A DNA stretch of 63,874 bases, filler included, from Reclinomonas americana ATCC 50394 (taxonomy: Eukaryota): the NCBI GenBank assembly GCA_048213135.1. It is 12 parts of 12 records of this genome, joined end to end, with 100 filler letters (N's around TTAATTAATTAA, not from the genome) between each part and the next. Parts side by side here need not be neighbours in the genome. Positions count along the whole stretch, not along the records: positions 1 to 11,366 come from AFZH01018792.1; positions 11,467 to 20,347 come from AFZH01018796.1; 10 more parts are not named here. One strand, given 5' to 3'. A program made the position numbers and the translations under genes. This document shows, in pieces, positions 1-12,129 of this stretch. The notes beneath the pieces were generated by a model. The model saw only the letters and a program-made list of their open reading frames with translations, searched no databases and had not been told where the DNA came from. Every line of letters starts with the position of its first letter. The stretch's first letter is position 1.

Positions 1-222
1 GAAGGAGGAAGAGGGAGAGGAAGAGGGGGATGAAGTGGAGAAAGAGAAAAGGAGAAGAAGAGGAAGCAGAAGAAGAGGAAGTGGAAAAAGAAGAAAGAAG
101 AGGAGGAGGAAGGGGAAGAGGAAGGGGAGGAGGAGGAAGGAGGGCAAGAAGGAGGAGAGAAGAAGAGCAGCAACAACAATAACAACAATAGCAGCAGTAG
201 CAATCAAAGTGGAGAGACGCAC

Positions 223-2614
223 CGAGACCAGTTCCAAACGACGCCGTTTGCGAGGAATGCTCCATGCAAATGACGGCCGTGTGAGCCACCAGCAGAGTGA
301 TGATCGTCGGGCGGTAATACAGCGACGAGAACAAGGCAGCGCAGAGGCGTGAAAACCGCTCGGTGCGCGACAGACGCACAATCAACACAGTCGGTTTCTG
401 TGGAAGCGACTTTTGCGGCTCGCTTGGTGTGGATGCAGATGTGACTGTTGGTGCCTTTGCCGCCGCAGTGGCGGTCGGCGACGGTCCCGGCAGTGCGGGC
501 ACTGCGGCTGACTCGGTCTTACGCTCGCCGCCGCGTGTCGATCTGTGCGTCGAGGCCACGCTCACCGCATCGTCGTTCCACTCGTTGCCGTCGCCGAAAT
601 CGCCTCTTGACCAGTGCCGCGTCGGCGCACCGAATCTGGCAATGCTGCTGCGTCGGTAGTCTTGGACTGCGCGCAGAGAGAGTGAGCTTGGCATCAGAAC
701 TCTTCAGAATTCAGGAAAGACGTACCCATGAGGTTGAGCGAGCGCATGCTGCTGTTGCGATCGAGGTCGCCCTCATCGCGAGCACGCCGAGGGAATCGGA
801 AGCTCGCTAACCGCACACCAACTTCCTCGCCACCGTCACCGTGAACGGTGAGCTGTGGTGGAGCTGGCGACACGGCTCGAGAGCCAGGAGCCGACAAGGC
901 GGCGGCGAGAGGAGCAGCACCACCGCCGACGCCAACACCTGCATCGGCACCAACTGCGCGACGAAGGACAGAAAAGGTAAGGCAATCGTATTTTGAAAGT
1001 ACACAATGAGTTTCGACGGCGCAACTGTCGTCACTCGTGGGCGACAGGAGACGAGAGCCACTTCCTCGCCTTGTCAAACCGAGTGGCGAATCCTCCTCCG
1101 CCGCCACCACATCGTCATGAGGTACATGTGCGGGAGGCATGGAGACGGAGTCGTTCAGGGAGAGTTGCCGTCGCGAAGTGCGTGAGCGTGATGGTGATGG
1201 TCTGCAGGAAAAGGTAAGAAAAAGGTGAAGAGAGAGGCGAAGAGAGGAGGGAAAGCATGGAGAGGCGAAGAGTGGAGAGGAAGATGAGAAGGGGGACGAG
1301 AGGGTGATGGAGGAGAGGGAAGAGAGAAAGAGAGAGGGTGAAGAGAAGGGAGAAGAGGAGAGGTGAGGGGAGAGTTACAAGCGGAGGAGAGAAAGGTGTT
1401 GAAGAAGGAGCTGAAAAGGGAAGGGAATGGGGAGGAGAAGGTGATGAGGAGAAGTTGATCGTGGCAAGAAATACGGGATGGTGGGGTGGCAGATAACACA
1501 AAAGAATGAGAGAAGTAAAGCGCGGCATGAAAGATAAGACAGCCCGAAATGACTGCGAGACAAACGAAGGAACAAGAAACAAAGGAGACAAAGAAAGGAT
1601 TAAATGGAAAGGGGTCTGTCTTCGAGCGCAACTGGGCCACTTCAGCAGGGGCGGACGCAGTCACCGACAACGGTGCCGGTGCGGCCGCGGTCTTGGCAGC
1701 CGTCTCTGCTGCTGCTGCGGCTGCTGCTGCTGCTGAACCGGCCTTCTCCGCAGCTGCCGCTGCCGCGGCCATGGCAAACACATTGGCGCCGGGTGGAGCA
1801 GTGCTGAGAAGCGACGGGAGACGACGTTTGCGATTCGTGGCCCTGTTGAGCGAATCATGAGCACACTTGGACGCAGAGAGGCGCACGTGCAGAGGACGCA
1901 ACTCGGCCGGGATCATCGATGCGACACGCTGCAGCTCGTTCTCCGACGAGTTGTTGTGTGAGCTGTTCTCCTGTCGACGCCGGGAACTCGACGAGCTGCG
2001 ACACGCGAGTGAGATGGAGACGACGAAAAAGAGTTTGCCCGATAATCAAGAGCGCAACTCATTGTCGGCTGAGGGTGGATTCGAGTCGGTGCGGCGGTGC
2101 TTGTTCAGTCGGCGCACAGCCTGCAGAGCGACCAGCGGCATGCTCTGTCGTCGACGTGACGCAATGGAGGACCTGAAAGCCAGGAGTGAGGTTGACAGGA
2201 CAATCGACCACAAGAATAATGATGCAGCGCAACAGCTGGGCGGGTGACAGATTGGCGACCGGCTGGTGGGCGATGATGCGAGCAGCTGGCGGTGGCGCCA
2301 AGAGTGCACCACCAGCTTCTGAACCAGGAAATGGAGACGCGGCGCGCGACGACGGCGACGGAGTGAGAGGACTGTGAGGACTGCCACTCGCCCACGTTGG
2401 CGACTGCAAATGCATCGCGGAAGGCGACGGAGTCGGAGAACGATCCAGTGAAGGGAGCGTCAGATGCAAACGCCGGCCCACAGGTGACGGTGGCTGCGAT
2501 TGCGATTGTGGTCTTGCTTGCACTTCGGGAGACGGCACTGGCGTCAGCAGCGGGGATTGCGGCGGCGAGTGAGGAAGAGACAGTTCGGGAGCCACAGTCG
2601 TTGCGGCTGCTAAT

Positions 2615-2645
<31 letters not shown>

Positions 2646-5600
2646 CGTGCTGCAGCAGCTTCTCCTCCTGCTCTTGCTGCCACTGCTGCTCCTCGCGCTC
2701 GCGTTGAATGGCGGTCTTGCGAAAGTTCTCCGCAATCACTGTCGCAGCAAGTGAGTCTTCATAAATGGAGCGCTGACAGGGAATGCCGTCACCACCAACC
2801 AGCGACAAAAATGTTCAGCACCGTAAAGGCACCAAACACTACGACAGCCACAAAGAACAGCGTCGCCACCTCGCCCGTCGAGTCTACGTGGTGCGACTTG
2901 ACCGCCACCCAGTCCTCCTGGCTGATGACTTGAAACACGGTGAGAAAGGCATTGCCTGGCAAGAGAGAGAGGTGAGCGAGGGGAACGGGGGCAAGGATGA
3001 GTAAAGACATGAACACACAGACCAATCGTGTCAAAATTGATAAAGCGCGGTGGTCTTGGATCCAGGTTGTGTCGGCACACCAGAGGTGCTGGGCAGGCGA
3101 GTGCGCCGCAGTAGAGGATGGGGTCGGAGAGCACGAAATTTGGCGAGTCGACGAGAGAGTCGCGGTTCTGCGGGCACACGTGAGAGAAGAGTGAGGAGAA
3201 GGGAGAATGGGGAAGGGAGAACGGAAGGGGGAAGGGAAAATGGGAAGAGGAGGAAGAGGGGAAGGAAAAGGGGAAAGAAGACGGGGAAGGAACAGGGGAA
3301 GGGAAAAGGGGAAGAAGAGGAAGAGGGGAATGGAACAGAGGGAAGGGGAAGGACAAGGGGAAGGAGAACGGTGAAGGAAGACGGGGAAGGAACAGGGGAG
3401 AGAAGGAAGAGGCGAGGCTCCGGCTTCTACGCCCTGCAAAGTCTGTCAATAAAATCTCGCAAGCGCACATTATTCCTGCCGTGTCTCTCTCTTTCTTTCT
3501 TTTTTACTTTCTTTCTTTCTCTCTTTTCTTTAATTCGTTGATTCTTTGCTCCCCTTCTTTCTCTCCGTCGTTGTGTCTTTCTTTCTTTCTTTCCTTCATT
3601 CTTTCTTTCTTTCTCACACTTTCTCTCTCGCTCATTCTCTCTCTGTCTCTCTTTCTTTCTTTATTCTTCTTTCATTCTTTCTTCTTTTCTTTCTTCCTTT
3701 CTCTCCGACATTCTTTCTCTCTCTCTTTCCCATATCCTTCCCTCTCTTCCGTCACACACGCACCATCGTTGGATCAAACGTGTCGGCCGTCTCGCCCGGT
3801 AATAGTGGGATCACGCATTGCGAGTCCAGATCGCCTACACCCTTATTCAGCACAGCGCCGCACACAGCAACCCGCTCCATCCACAAGAAACGCACCAGAA
3901 AACAACCGCAAGCCCATAATGCAAAACAAGAGTGCCACCAGCACCAACGCCCACGCCACATCCGCCAACAAGAAGAAACTTCTCGTCAACGACTGCAGCA
4001 GCTGCGCCTGCGACTCCACAAATGCCAGCAGCCGTAATGGCCGCAACGCACGTACCGTCCGGAACGCCGGCGCCACAAACCCTCCCGCAAAACCACCCCA
4101 CGACACCACTACAATGCACAGCTCGTACAGGTGCCATCGACTTTGCCGCATGCACGAACGCGCCCCACTTGCCACAGATCGGATCAGAAGCTCCACACTG
4201 CGAGCACCAGTCAGCACTGTGCGTGTGCGTGCCATTCCGCTCTGTTCACTGATTTGTTTCACTCTCTCCTATCCTTTCCGCCTTCCCCTCTTCTATCTCT
4301 CGCTCTCACAGTGTGTATTCCTCTTACGCTCTGTTCACTTTCGTCCTCCTACTCTTCTGCACACCACGTTTCCTGTCCCTCTCCTCTTTGTTCTTTCCTT
4401 TCCGCCTTCCCATCTTCTCTTCTCACTCTTGAATCGCACAACTCTCGCTCTCTCAGTGTTCCAGTTCAGTCTCTGCTTGCTTCCCTTCACGCTTCCTGTC
4501 CCTCTCCTCCCCTCATTGTTCTTTGCTTACCGCCTTCCCCTCTAGGCTTCCCATTCTTGTGTCTCACATCTCTCTCTCCTTCGGTGCGTGCTTCTCTTCC
4601 GCCCTCGTGACTTTCTTGCTATCATATTGCCTGACTTGCTCCTCTTCACGCTCCTCCCTTCCCCTCTTGTTTTCTCATAACGCACATCTCTCGCTCTCTC
4701 AATGCGCATCGCTTGTTCACTGCCTTGCTCTCTGCCTCGCTCCCTGTCCTCACTCTTCTTCCACTCTTCTTTCCCCTCTTGTTTTCTCCGTCTCCTTCAG
4801 TGCGTGTTTCTCTTCCGCACTGTTTCACTTTCTTGCTCTCTGCCTCGCTCCTGGGCAAGGGAGAGTGGAAGAAGAAAGAGGACTCTTGTTTTCTCCGTCT
4901 CCTTCAGTGCGTGTTTCTCTTCCGCACTTTCTTGCTCTCTGCCTCACTCCCTGTCCTCTTTCTTCTTCCACTCTCCCTTGCCCTCTTGTTTCCTCCGTCT
5001 CCTTCAGTGCGTGTTCCTCTTCCGCCGTTGAGTTTCTTGCTCTCTGCATCGCTCCCTGTCCTCATCCCCCTTCCATCTTTCTCACATCTCTCTCTTTCTC
5101 CTTCACGCAACGCAACGTGAAAAACACCGTGAGCAAGATATCGAGGGCAAAGACGAATCGTGCAATGAACGAGCTGTTCTGCTGCAAGTCCAGTCGCGAG
5201 GCCGCAGCCAGAGAGACCACACTGAGAATGAGGAACGCAGCAACGACTCTGTTGAAGCCGACTGTACGCGAGAGACAACAACAGAAAGAGAAACAGAGAG
5301 AGTTAAGGAGAAAGAGGAGGTGAAATACTTGTTTTGTGTTTTGAGTGAGAGTGTGAGTGAGTGAAGGATATGAGTATCGACCGGCACCGGCTTGTTCTGT
5401 GTGGACGAACTGGGCGCAGAAGCGGCGCAGAGGATGCGAGGGCGCAAACAGGAAAAATGAGCGATCTGTGAAAAGGAGAGAAGGGAGTGAGTGAGTGAGT
5501 GAGAGAGAGGGCAGAGAAGGGAGAGGGAGAGAGAGTGTGAGAGAGGGAGAGGGCAGAGAAGGGAAGGGAAGAGCAACGACATGAGAGAGAGCGAGGGAGA

Positions 5601-5998
5601 GTGAGTGAATCTGTGAATATTTCATTGAGAGTGAGTGAGAGAGTGAGAGTGTGTGAGTGAGTGAGTGTGTGTGAGAGAGAGGGAGGAAAGAGAGTGAAAG
5701 AGTGAGTGACGGAGTGAGTGAAAGAGTGAGTGACTCTCAGTGAAAGAGTGAGAAAGTGAGTGAGAAATGAGGGAAACAGAGTCACAGTGTGAGTGGGAGT
5801 GAGCTCTGTGTGTGAGTGTGTAAAGTGAGAAAAGGAGTGAGTGAATGAGTGAAAGAGTGAGAAAGTGAGAAAGTGAGTGAAAGAGTGAAAAAAGTGAATG
5901 AGAGAGTAAAAAGAGTGTGTGAGTGTGAGAGTCAGTGTGTGAGAGTGTGAGTCTTCTCCACCTGCTGGTTCCTCATGATTGGTGTCCGCAGTGCTCAT
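223..5998 (-). CDS. Voltage-gated Ca2+/Na+ channel alpha subunit, multi-domain type; 5' part only (domain I, I-II linker, start of domain II), multi-exon, continues left of the window
   Basis: Spliced exons give S1 (FNRVVAAFLILSVVSLAA), S2 (LDILLTVFFT|VELLIR), S3 (WHLYELCIVVVSW), S4 (FRTVRALRPLRLL), S5 (VAWALVLVALLFCIMGLRLFSG), a Cys-rich turret (CGALACPAPLVC..FINFDTIG), pore (NAFLTVFQVISQEDW) and S6 (LFFVAVVVFGAFTVLNIFVA|VIAENF). The exon at ~223-665 ends RLCAALFSSLYYRPTIITLLVAHTAVICMEHSSQ, typical of domain II S1. The start at 5998 (MSTADT) is tentative. Confidence 0.88.
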
Positions 5999-6377
5999 TT
6001 CTCACTCTCTCTCTCTCTCTCTTTCTTTCCTTCTCTCCCTGTTGCGCACACACACGCACACGCACGCGCACACACACACGTTGCTTACGTGAGTGTGTGT
6101 GGAGTGGTGTGTGCGTTTGTTGCGTGTGTGAGTTGTGCAGTGTCTTTTGTCCGTGACAAATGCGGAAAGTAGTGACGGAGTGGGCTAATCATCGCCTCCG
6201 AGTGAAAAAGGTGTTCTTTGAGGGAGAGCAAGAGGAGCACTGTTTCGTTGCTGAGGTGCACGCAGAGAGCGATCGCTGCGAAAATGGGACCCGCATGCGG
6301 CAGCTGGCGAAAGCGGACGACCATGCTGTTTTCGTATTGTCAAAAGAGGATATCGAATTCATTGTACACAGGAGGCT

Positions 6378-8841
6378 TTACACTGCCTCCTCGGCTTCGG
6401 TGGTGGTCTCGCGGAACCGGTAGCCGAAGCTCTTGGCGGCCGGCTTGTGTATCGTGTGGTGCATGTGCAGATTCTGCATGGTCAGTTGCGGTGGGGCCTC
6501 GCGATCGACCGCTGGTGTGTCGTCGCACACGTCGACCTCCACCTGCGCGGGCGACGACACCGGCAGCGAGTCGGCCGACTCGCCCACAGTGGCCACCACT
6601 TGCATCGATGTGGTCACCACCGGCAGCATCGCGGACGACACCTCGCCGTCCGTCGGCAGTGCCATCTCCGAGGGCACCACCGACGGCAGCCGATCCGACG
6701 AGAAGCGAGGCAGGCGGTCCGAGGCGAAGCGTGCCAGTGAGCGCGAGTGATCGGCGCCCGCCAGCCAGCGTCCCATGTGATGCAGACCGGAGCGCCACGT
6801 CTTCTGAATGCGTTTCGGATCGCGGGCGCGCGTGTCGGTCGGTGACACGCGACAGGCGCGCACGTACAGACCCGATTCACTCGGTTGCCCGAAGCGATTG
6901 GCCGTGCCGGTGTACACACTGTGCAAACAAAGAGCGGAGTGTGAGACAACAGCCAGCAAAACCCCCCTTTCCTTTCCCAAATCGACGCAACATATTACGC
7001 GCACCACCACCCAGCTTGAATCGCGTCGGCAACTTAACGTGCCCACACAGGCACGCACTCATTCCGCACGCAGTAGACTCGTCGAGGTAATCCGTGTCGG
7101 CATCCACCGACGCCACATGCACCGCCACCCGCACGCCCTGCGCAAACATGCGACGCCCGAGCTCCAGCGTAAACTGCGCCAGCTGCAAGTGCGAATTGTC
7201 GGCCACGTAGGCCGCCTCCAAGCCATGCGCGGGAATCGCCCTCCGGTGCGCAGCATCCGATATACCGACCACCACTCGCGTGTCAATCTCCTGCTCCGGG
7301 TGCGCCTCGGCCGTCTCGCGTAACCGCGACTGCATCAGCACGCAAAAGAAGGCCGGTGCCACAAACTGCGACTGCCATGTGGCGTCCAGTCCGTCGTCGG
7401 TGGGTCGCGTGGACAAAGGAGCAGGAGGTGGTGGTGTGACCACGAGCAGGTTCAGAGGGAGCTGCATGTCGCGAAACTGGCGATAGCATTCGCGGACAGT
7501 GTCGAGGCGGGAGAAGTCGACGACGAGGAAGCCGCCTGCGTTGGTGGCTGTGTGGGAGGGGAGGGGTGGGTGAGGGGAGGTAAAGGAGGAGGGGGAAGGG
7601 GAGGAGGAGGAGGAGGAAAAGGGGGAAGGAAGCAGGGGAAGGAGGAGGAGGAGGGGAAGCAGGGGAAGGGAGGGGAGGGAGGGGAAGGGAAGGACAGGAA
7701 GGAGGAGAAGGGGGAAGGAGAAAGGGGAATGAGAAGGGGGAAGGGAGGGGAAGGAGGAGGAGGAGGAGGAGGAGGAGGAGGAGGAGGAGGAGGAGGAGGA
7801 GGAGGAGGAGGAGGAGAAAGGGGAAGGAGAAAAACAAAAAGAGAGCGAGCTGGTGAAGGAGGAGGCAGGAGTAATAGGAGTAAGTAATAGGAGGAGAAGG
7901 AGAAGACCAACGGAGGACAAGGAAGGAGGAGGGGAAGGGGAAAGAAGGAAAGTGTAAAGTAGTGCAAGGAAAATCAGGAGGAAAAGATGAAAAGAAACAG
8001 GAGGCGGATGAGAAAGAGCAGTAGGAAGAGAAGAACAAGAACAGCACTTGCAGGAAGGAAAAGACAGAGGAAGCAGAAGGAGGAGAGAGTGATCGATCGA
8101 GTGCCTTTTCTGTCTGTGTCAGTTGGACGACACATTAGAGTGGCGGTTGTGCAGTGTTTCACCCCTCTCTCTCTCTTGATCAGCTTCTCATCACAGACAT
8201 CGAGCGTGTAAGCGCGTCTCTCAGTGTGCGTGTGTGTGCAAGAGTGCTGTCGAAGAGAGAGAAGGACAGAGTTGTCCCAAATTTCACACGCGCCACCTCT
8301 GCTCTTTTCTCTGTCGTGCGCGTGTGTGTGAAAGCAAGCCAGGTGTGACTCACTGTGGCCACCATAAGCAAGTGTGTGTGTGAGAGAGAGACAAGGAGAA
8401 AGTACGATCCGGACGTTGTCCTGAATTCCAAGTCACTCACGATCACTGTGCTGCTGCTGCTGCTGCTGTGCCTGGGCGTGTGTCTCTCTCTCCACATGCA
8501 CACAGGCGATACAAACGCACACGTACACGCCTGTTGTTGTCTACACACGTGCCACACAAGGAGATCCACGATCTCGTTTGTCCCGAAAGTCTCCCTCCCC
8601 TTCTCCCGCACTCGTCTCTCTTCCCCCCCCGCCACTCACATCGCCGCAACACATCCTCAGCACTCGCTCTCCTCCGCTCCTCATCCACCACCCACACGTG
8701 CATGCCCAAATCCAACAACTCGCGCACCACGGCCAACCCCACACCCTTCTCATCGCCTCCTCCCCACACCATTGCCACTCGACCAGCCGGATTCACCGGC
8801 GTGGTGTCGTACATGAGCGAACGCGATGATTGACCGCCCAT
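6378..8841 (-). CDS. Short-chain dehydrogenase/reductase-fold protein (retinol-dehydrogenase/WWOX-like), catalytic motifs degenerate, multi-exon
   Basis: GRVAMVWGGGDEKGVGLAVVRELLDLGMHVWVV (Rossmann start); VVDFSRLDTVRECYRQF..LNLLV; TDDGLDATWQSQFVAPAF; RVVVGISDAAH; SHLQLAQFTLELGRR; GLYVRAC..RIQKTW. Starts MGGQSS; stop at 6378. Confidence 0.8.
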
Positions 8842-8952
8842 TTCTCGCTCTCTCTCACTCAACACACTCGATATTTCTTTATGTAGACCAAATCGGTCGC
8901 TACGTAAAACCGAAAACGTCGATTTTTCACGCGTTGCACGAGAGAAGGCGAG
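8842..8952. promoter_or_regulatory. Putative compact bidirectional promoter
   Basis: 111-bp gap, free of long microsatellites and more AT-rich than the flanks, between divergent ATGs at 8841(-) and 8953(+). Confidence 0.4.
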
Positions 8953-10582
8953 ATGGGGTGCAAGTCATCGTCCGCAGCCGCGGTGGCAGCGTCGCGGCAG
9001 GACAGTGCACAAGGACCCGCACTCACTGACCTACACTCCAGTTGCGCTCCTCACGCACACACACACAGAGTCTCCCTTGCACACTGACTCACTCTTTGTG
9101 TGTGGGTGTGCACAGTTGCGCCCGCATCCGGTGCGCACACACAACATCGACACAAGCAGACACGTGGCACTGCAGCAGCAGCAGTAAGAGTTACTGCTGC
9201 AGCAGTCGACGCCAAGGATCCTTCCAGTTGAGTGCGACGCATCCAATTTTGTCGTTTTTCCACCACCTCAATCATTGTGTCGCTGAATATGCACTGTGCT
9301 TGAGCAGCCGCAGTGATGGCCATGGTCGCCGACGCGGTGCTGCATGACTTGAATGTGCGACCACGCAAGGGCGCGAAACCTGCCGCCAAACAACAGGCAG
9401 CGACAAAGCACTTGACAGTGGTGCCGGCCGCGAGCAACAGCGCGACGGCGTCGTTGGCGACGGGCTCGAGCAGTGCCACGGCCTCGGAGGCGGAGGACGA
9501 GGGACACGGTCGCCGTCGCCGCGCCCCGATTCAGACGATTGATGACGACGTGCTGGGTGATATCGATGAGGACGATGAGGACGAGGAGGATGAAAGGCCG
9601 CGGCGGAATAATGTGCGCGGGTCGGGCAGTGGAGGACGCAGGAGGACTCGACGACGCTCGATCCCGTTGAAGAAGAAGCCGGTGGTGCAGCAGCAACGAG
9701 AGCAACAACAACAGCAACAGCAACAGAAGCGCGTGTCGGGAACTGTGCCGAGTCGTTCGCCGAGCCCGCACGCTCGTCATCACCACCAGCAGCAGCCGCA
9801 GCAGCAGCAGCGTCCTGCACAGCCGCAGCCTCCCACGGCGCCACCGGCGGCCACGAGTGCCCCGCGGCGGCATCATGCGGCCTCTGACTCGATGGAAGAG
9901 CTGATGGCCGACATTGAAGCGGAGCTCGTTCGTTTCTCGATGCTGCCGCTGAATGCGGAGGAGTCGCGCTTGATGAGGCAGCGGTCCCAGCAGTACCGCA
10001 TGCAGGGTCTCATCCCCGCCGACCACTCTGTGACCAAGCGAGCGGCGGCGGCGGCGGCGGCGGCGGCAGCAGCAGCGGCGGCAACGCCTGCACCGGCACA
10101 GGCAGCTGCTGCTTCGCGACGCAACTCCAACATGACGGAGACGCCGGCGGTGGCGACCAACAATGGCACACTTGCCGCCCGGCCGCCCCTCCAACAGCAC
10201 CCAACGCCCACCTCGCTGCTGTTGAACGACATTGAGTCGGAGCTGGCTGGCGGGTCGCACTTGCCCACTCGTGGACGGACGCAACTGGCGTGCCGGTGAT
10301 TGGAATGAGATTGAGATCGAAGGGATAGAGGTGGATATAGAGGGGGAATGAGAGAGGGCGGTGCGATGAAAAAACAATAGAATGAAATACGAAAATGCAA
10401 TGATAAAGGGGAGAAGGATGTGGTACAGAGCACAAGAAACCCTACAGCCCTCAAGACTGGTGTTTGCGTTGATGTTTTGGAGACGGTTGAACTTGGTCAT
10501 CAAGACAGCAGTTGCTTGTTTGTTAGTGAATGAATTTGTTGATGTTGTTAGCAACTGTGATCGTGAATTCACGGTCAAATGA
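8953..10582 (+). CDS. Low-complexity, largely disordered hypothetical protein with N-terminal MGCKSS acylation motif; 3' end uncertain
   Basis: Exons 8953-9040, 9116-9226 and 9314 onward splice in frame (phase 1) into the 328-aa ORF 9313..10299, which has polyQ, polyA and acidic tracts. Confidence 0.65.
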
Positions 10583-10841
10583 ATTCGGACACACATTTGC
10601 AATTCATAGACTCCTTCCGCCACCATCAACCTCACCGCCTGTGCAATTAAAATGGCATGCTCACCAACAGACAGCTTGTTATGCACCTGTATCTCAAGCA
10701 CGTACAACAACTCCGATATCGCGAGAAATGGGTTTTCGCGAATTAGTGTTTTTCGAAATTCGCGCACCCCGACCACCATCGTGACTGCATCGGAGTGCGT
10801 GCAGTCTCCTCTCTCTCTCTCTCACACACACACATGCGCAC

Positions 10842-11175
10842 ATGAGAGGCACCTCACTACTCTTCCTCGTGGCTCTCTGCTGCCTCCTCGCCACCACCAC
10901 TGCCTCCGCAACATGCTCACACATCACCTCTCCCTCATGGGTTCTCGCCGGCCACTCGCTCGCCTTCTCATGTCACCTCTCCACTGCACCACTCACTGTC
11001 CACGCCACACGAGATGCTGCATGCTCCTCGCGTGAAGCGCATGTGCGTGTGGAGAAGAGTGGTGATGACAGCAGCAGCACTCTGCTTGCTGTGGTGGTGA
11101 CAGTGGAGGCGCAGTGTGTGCCTGGTGTGGTGTACTTATGTGGTGGGAAGGGTGCAGCAGTGGCAGTGATCACTG
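10842..11175 (+). CDS. First exon of a secreted/surface protein (signal peptide); rest lost in the gap
   Basis: MRGTSLLFLVALCCLLATTTASA signal peptide followed by a Cys-containing beta-rich segment; GTGAGT donor at 11176. Confidence 0.55.
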
Positions 11176-11366
11176 GTGAGTGTGTGCTGGAACGGAGAGA
11201 GAGCGGGGGAATTGTTCGCGCGCAAAGAGTGTGTGTGTGAGATAGAGAGAGAGAGAGAGTGAGAGAGAGTGAGACAGAGAGAGAGAACGAGTGTAGTGTG
11301 TGTATGTGTGAGAGAGTGCTGTGAGTGTGTTGCTGCCTGTTTTTTCTTGTTTTTGTCACTGATATT

Positions 11367-11466
11367 NNNNNNNNNNNNNNNNNNNNNNNNNNNNNNNNNN
11401 NNNNNNNNNNTTAATTAATTAANNNNNNNNNNNNNNNNNNNNNNNNNNNNNNNNNNNNNNNNNNNN
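11367..11466. other. Assembly spacer N44-TTAATTAATTAA-N44. Identical spacers start at 20348, 23554, 27677, 35208, 38483, 43105, 50746, 57509, 61183 and 62713
   Basis: Eleven identical 100-bp blocks carrying a six-frame stop linker, mostly flanked by microsatellites. Confidence 0.98.
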
Positions 11467-11864
11467 TGCTACAGAGAGAGGGGGATAGGTTGTGAGGGAG
11501 AGAGACAAGACAGAGGGAGAACAGGAAGCGATTGTGTGGCATGGAGAGGGAGTGGTAAGGAAGGAAGGAGAAGGTAGGGGGAAGGGGGATGGAGTGGGAA
11601 AGAGGAGAGTGAAGGGGAGAGGGAGGGGGAAAGAGAATGGGAGAGAATACTAGTGGGACAAAAGAGAGGGGGATAGGTTGTGAGGGAGAGAGACGAGGCA
11701 GGGAGAACGGAGTGGGAGAGAGTGGGACTGAGAGAGGGGGAGAAAGGACGAGGAGAGAGGGACAGGGAGAGGGGGAGGGCTTGTGAAGGGAAAGTGGTAG
11801 AACTGAAGATCGAGAGTGGGAGAGGGAGACATTGACGGGGAGAGAGAGACAGTGAGATAGAGAT

Positions 11865-11901
<37 letters not shown>

Positions 11902-12129
11902 TTTGGTGTCGTCCTTCGCTGATGTGTGGTGTCGCCGATAGACGGAGAAGTAGTGGAAGCGCAACGGAGGGGAGACATATGTGCGTCATTCAGTGGTCTT
12001 CATTTCGAAGCGCACTGTACGTTGCGGTGAATGAGAAAGAGCAGCGAGACGCAGGATTGATTGAGACGTATGTGTTTATCAAAGCACAGTGTCTGCTTGT
12101 TTACCTTGCGCTGCGAGCATATTCATTGA

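Noticed and set aside
2736..5265. Single-domain (CatSper/EukCat/BacNav-like) channel
   Set aside because: The spliced frame continues into a domain II S1 helix at ~223-350, so this is a multi-domain channel truncated by the window edge.
11411..11422. TTAATTAATTAA palindrome repeated 11 times, resembling a regulatory or CRISPR-like repeat
   Set aside because: It is always centred in exactly 44+44 Ns, so it is an artificial scaffolding linker.
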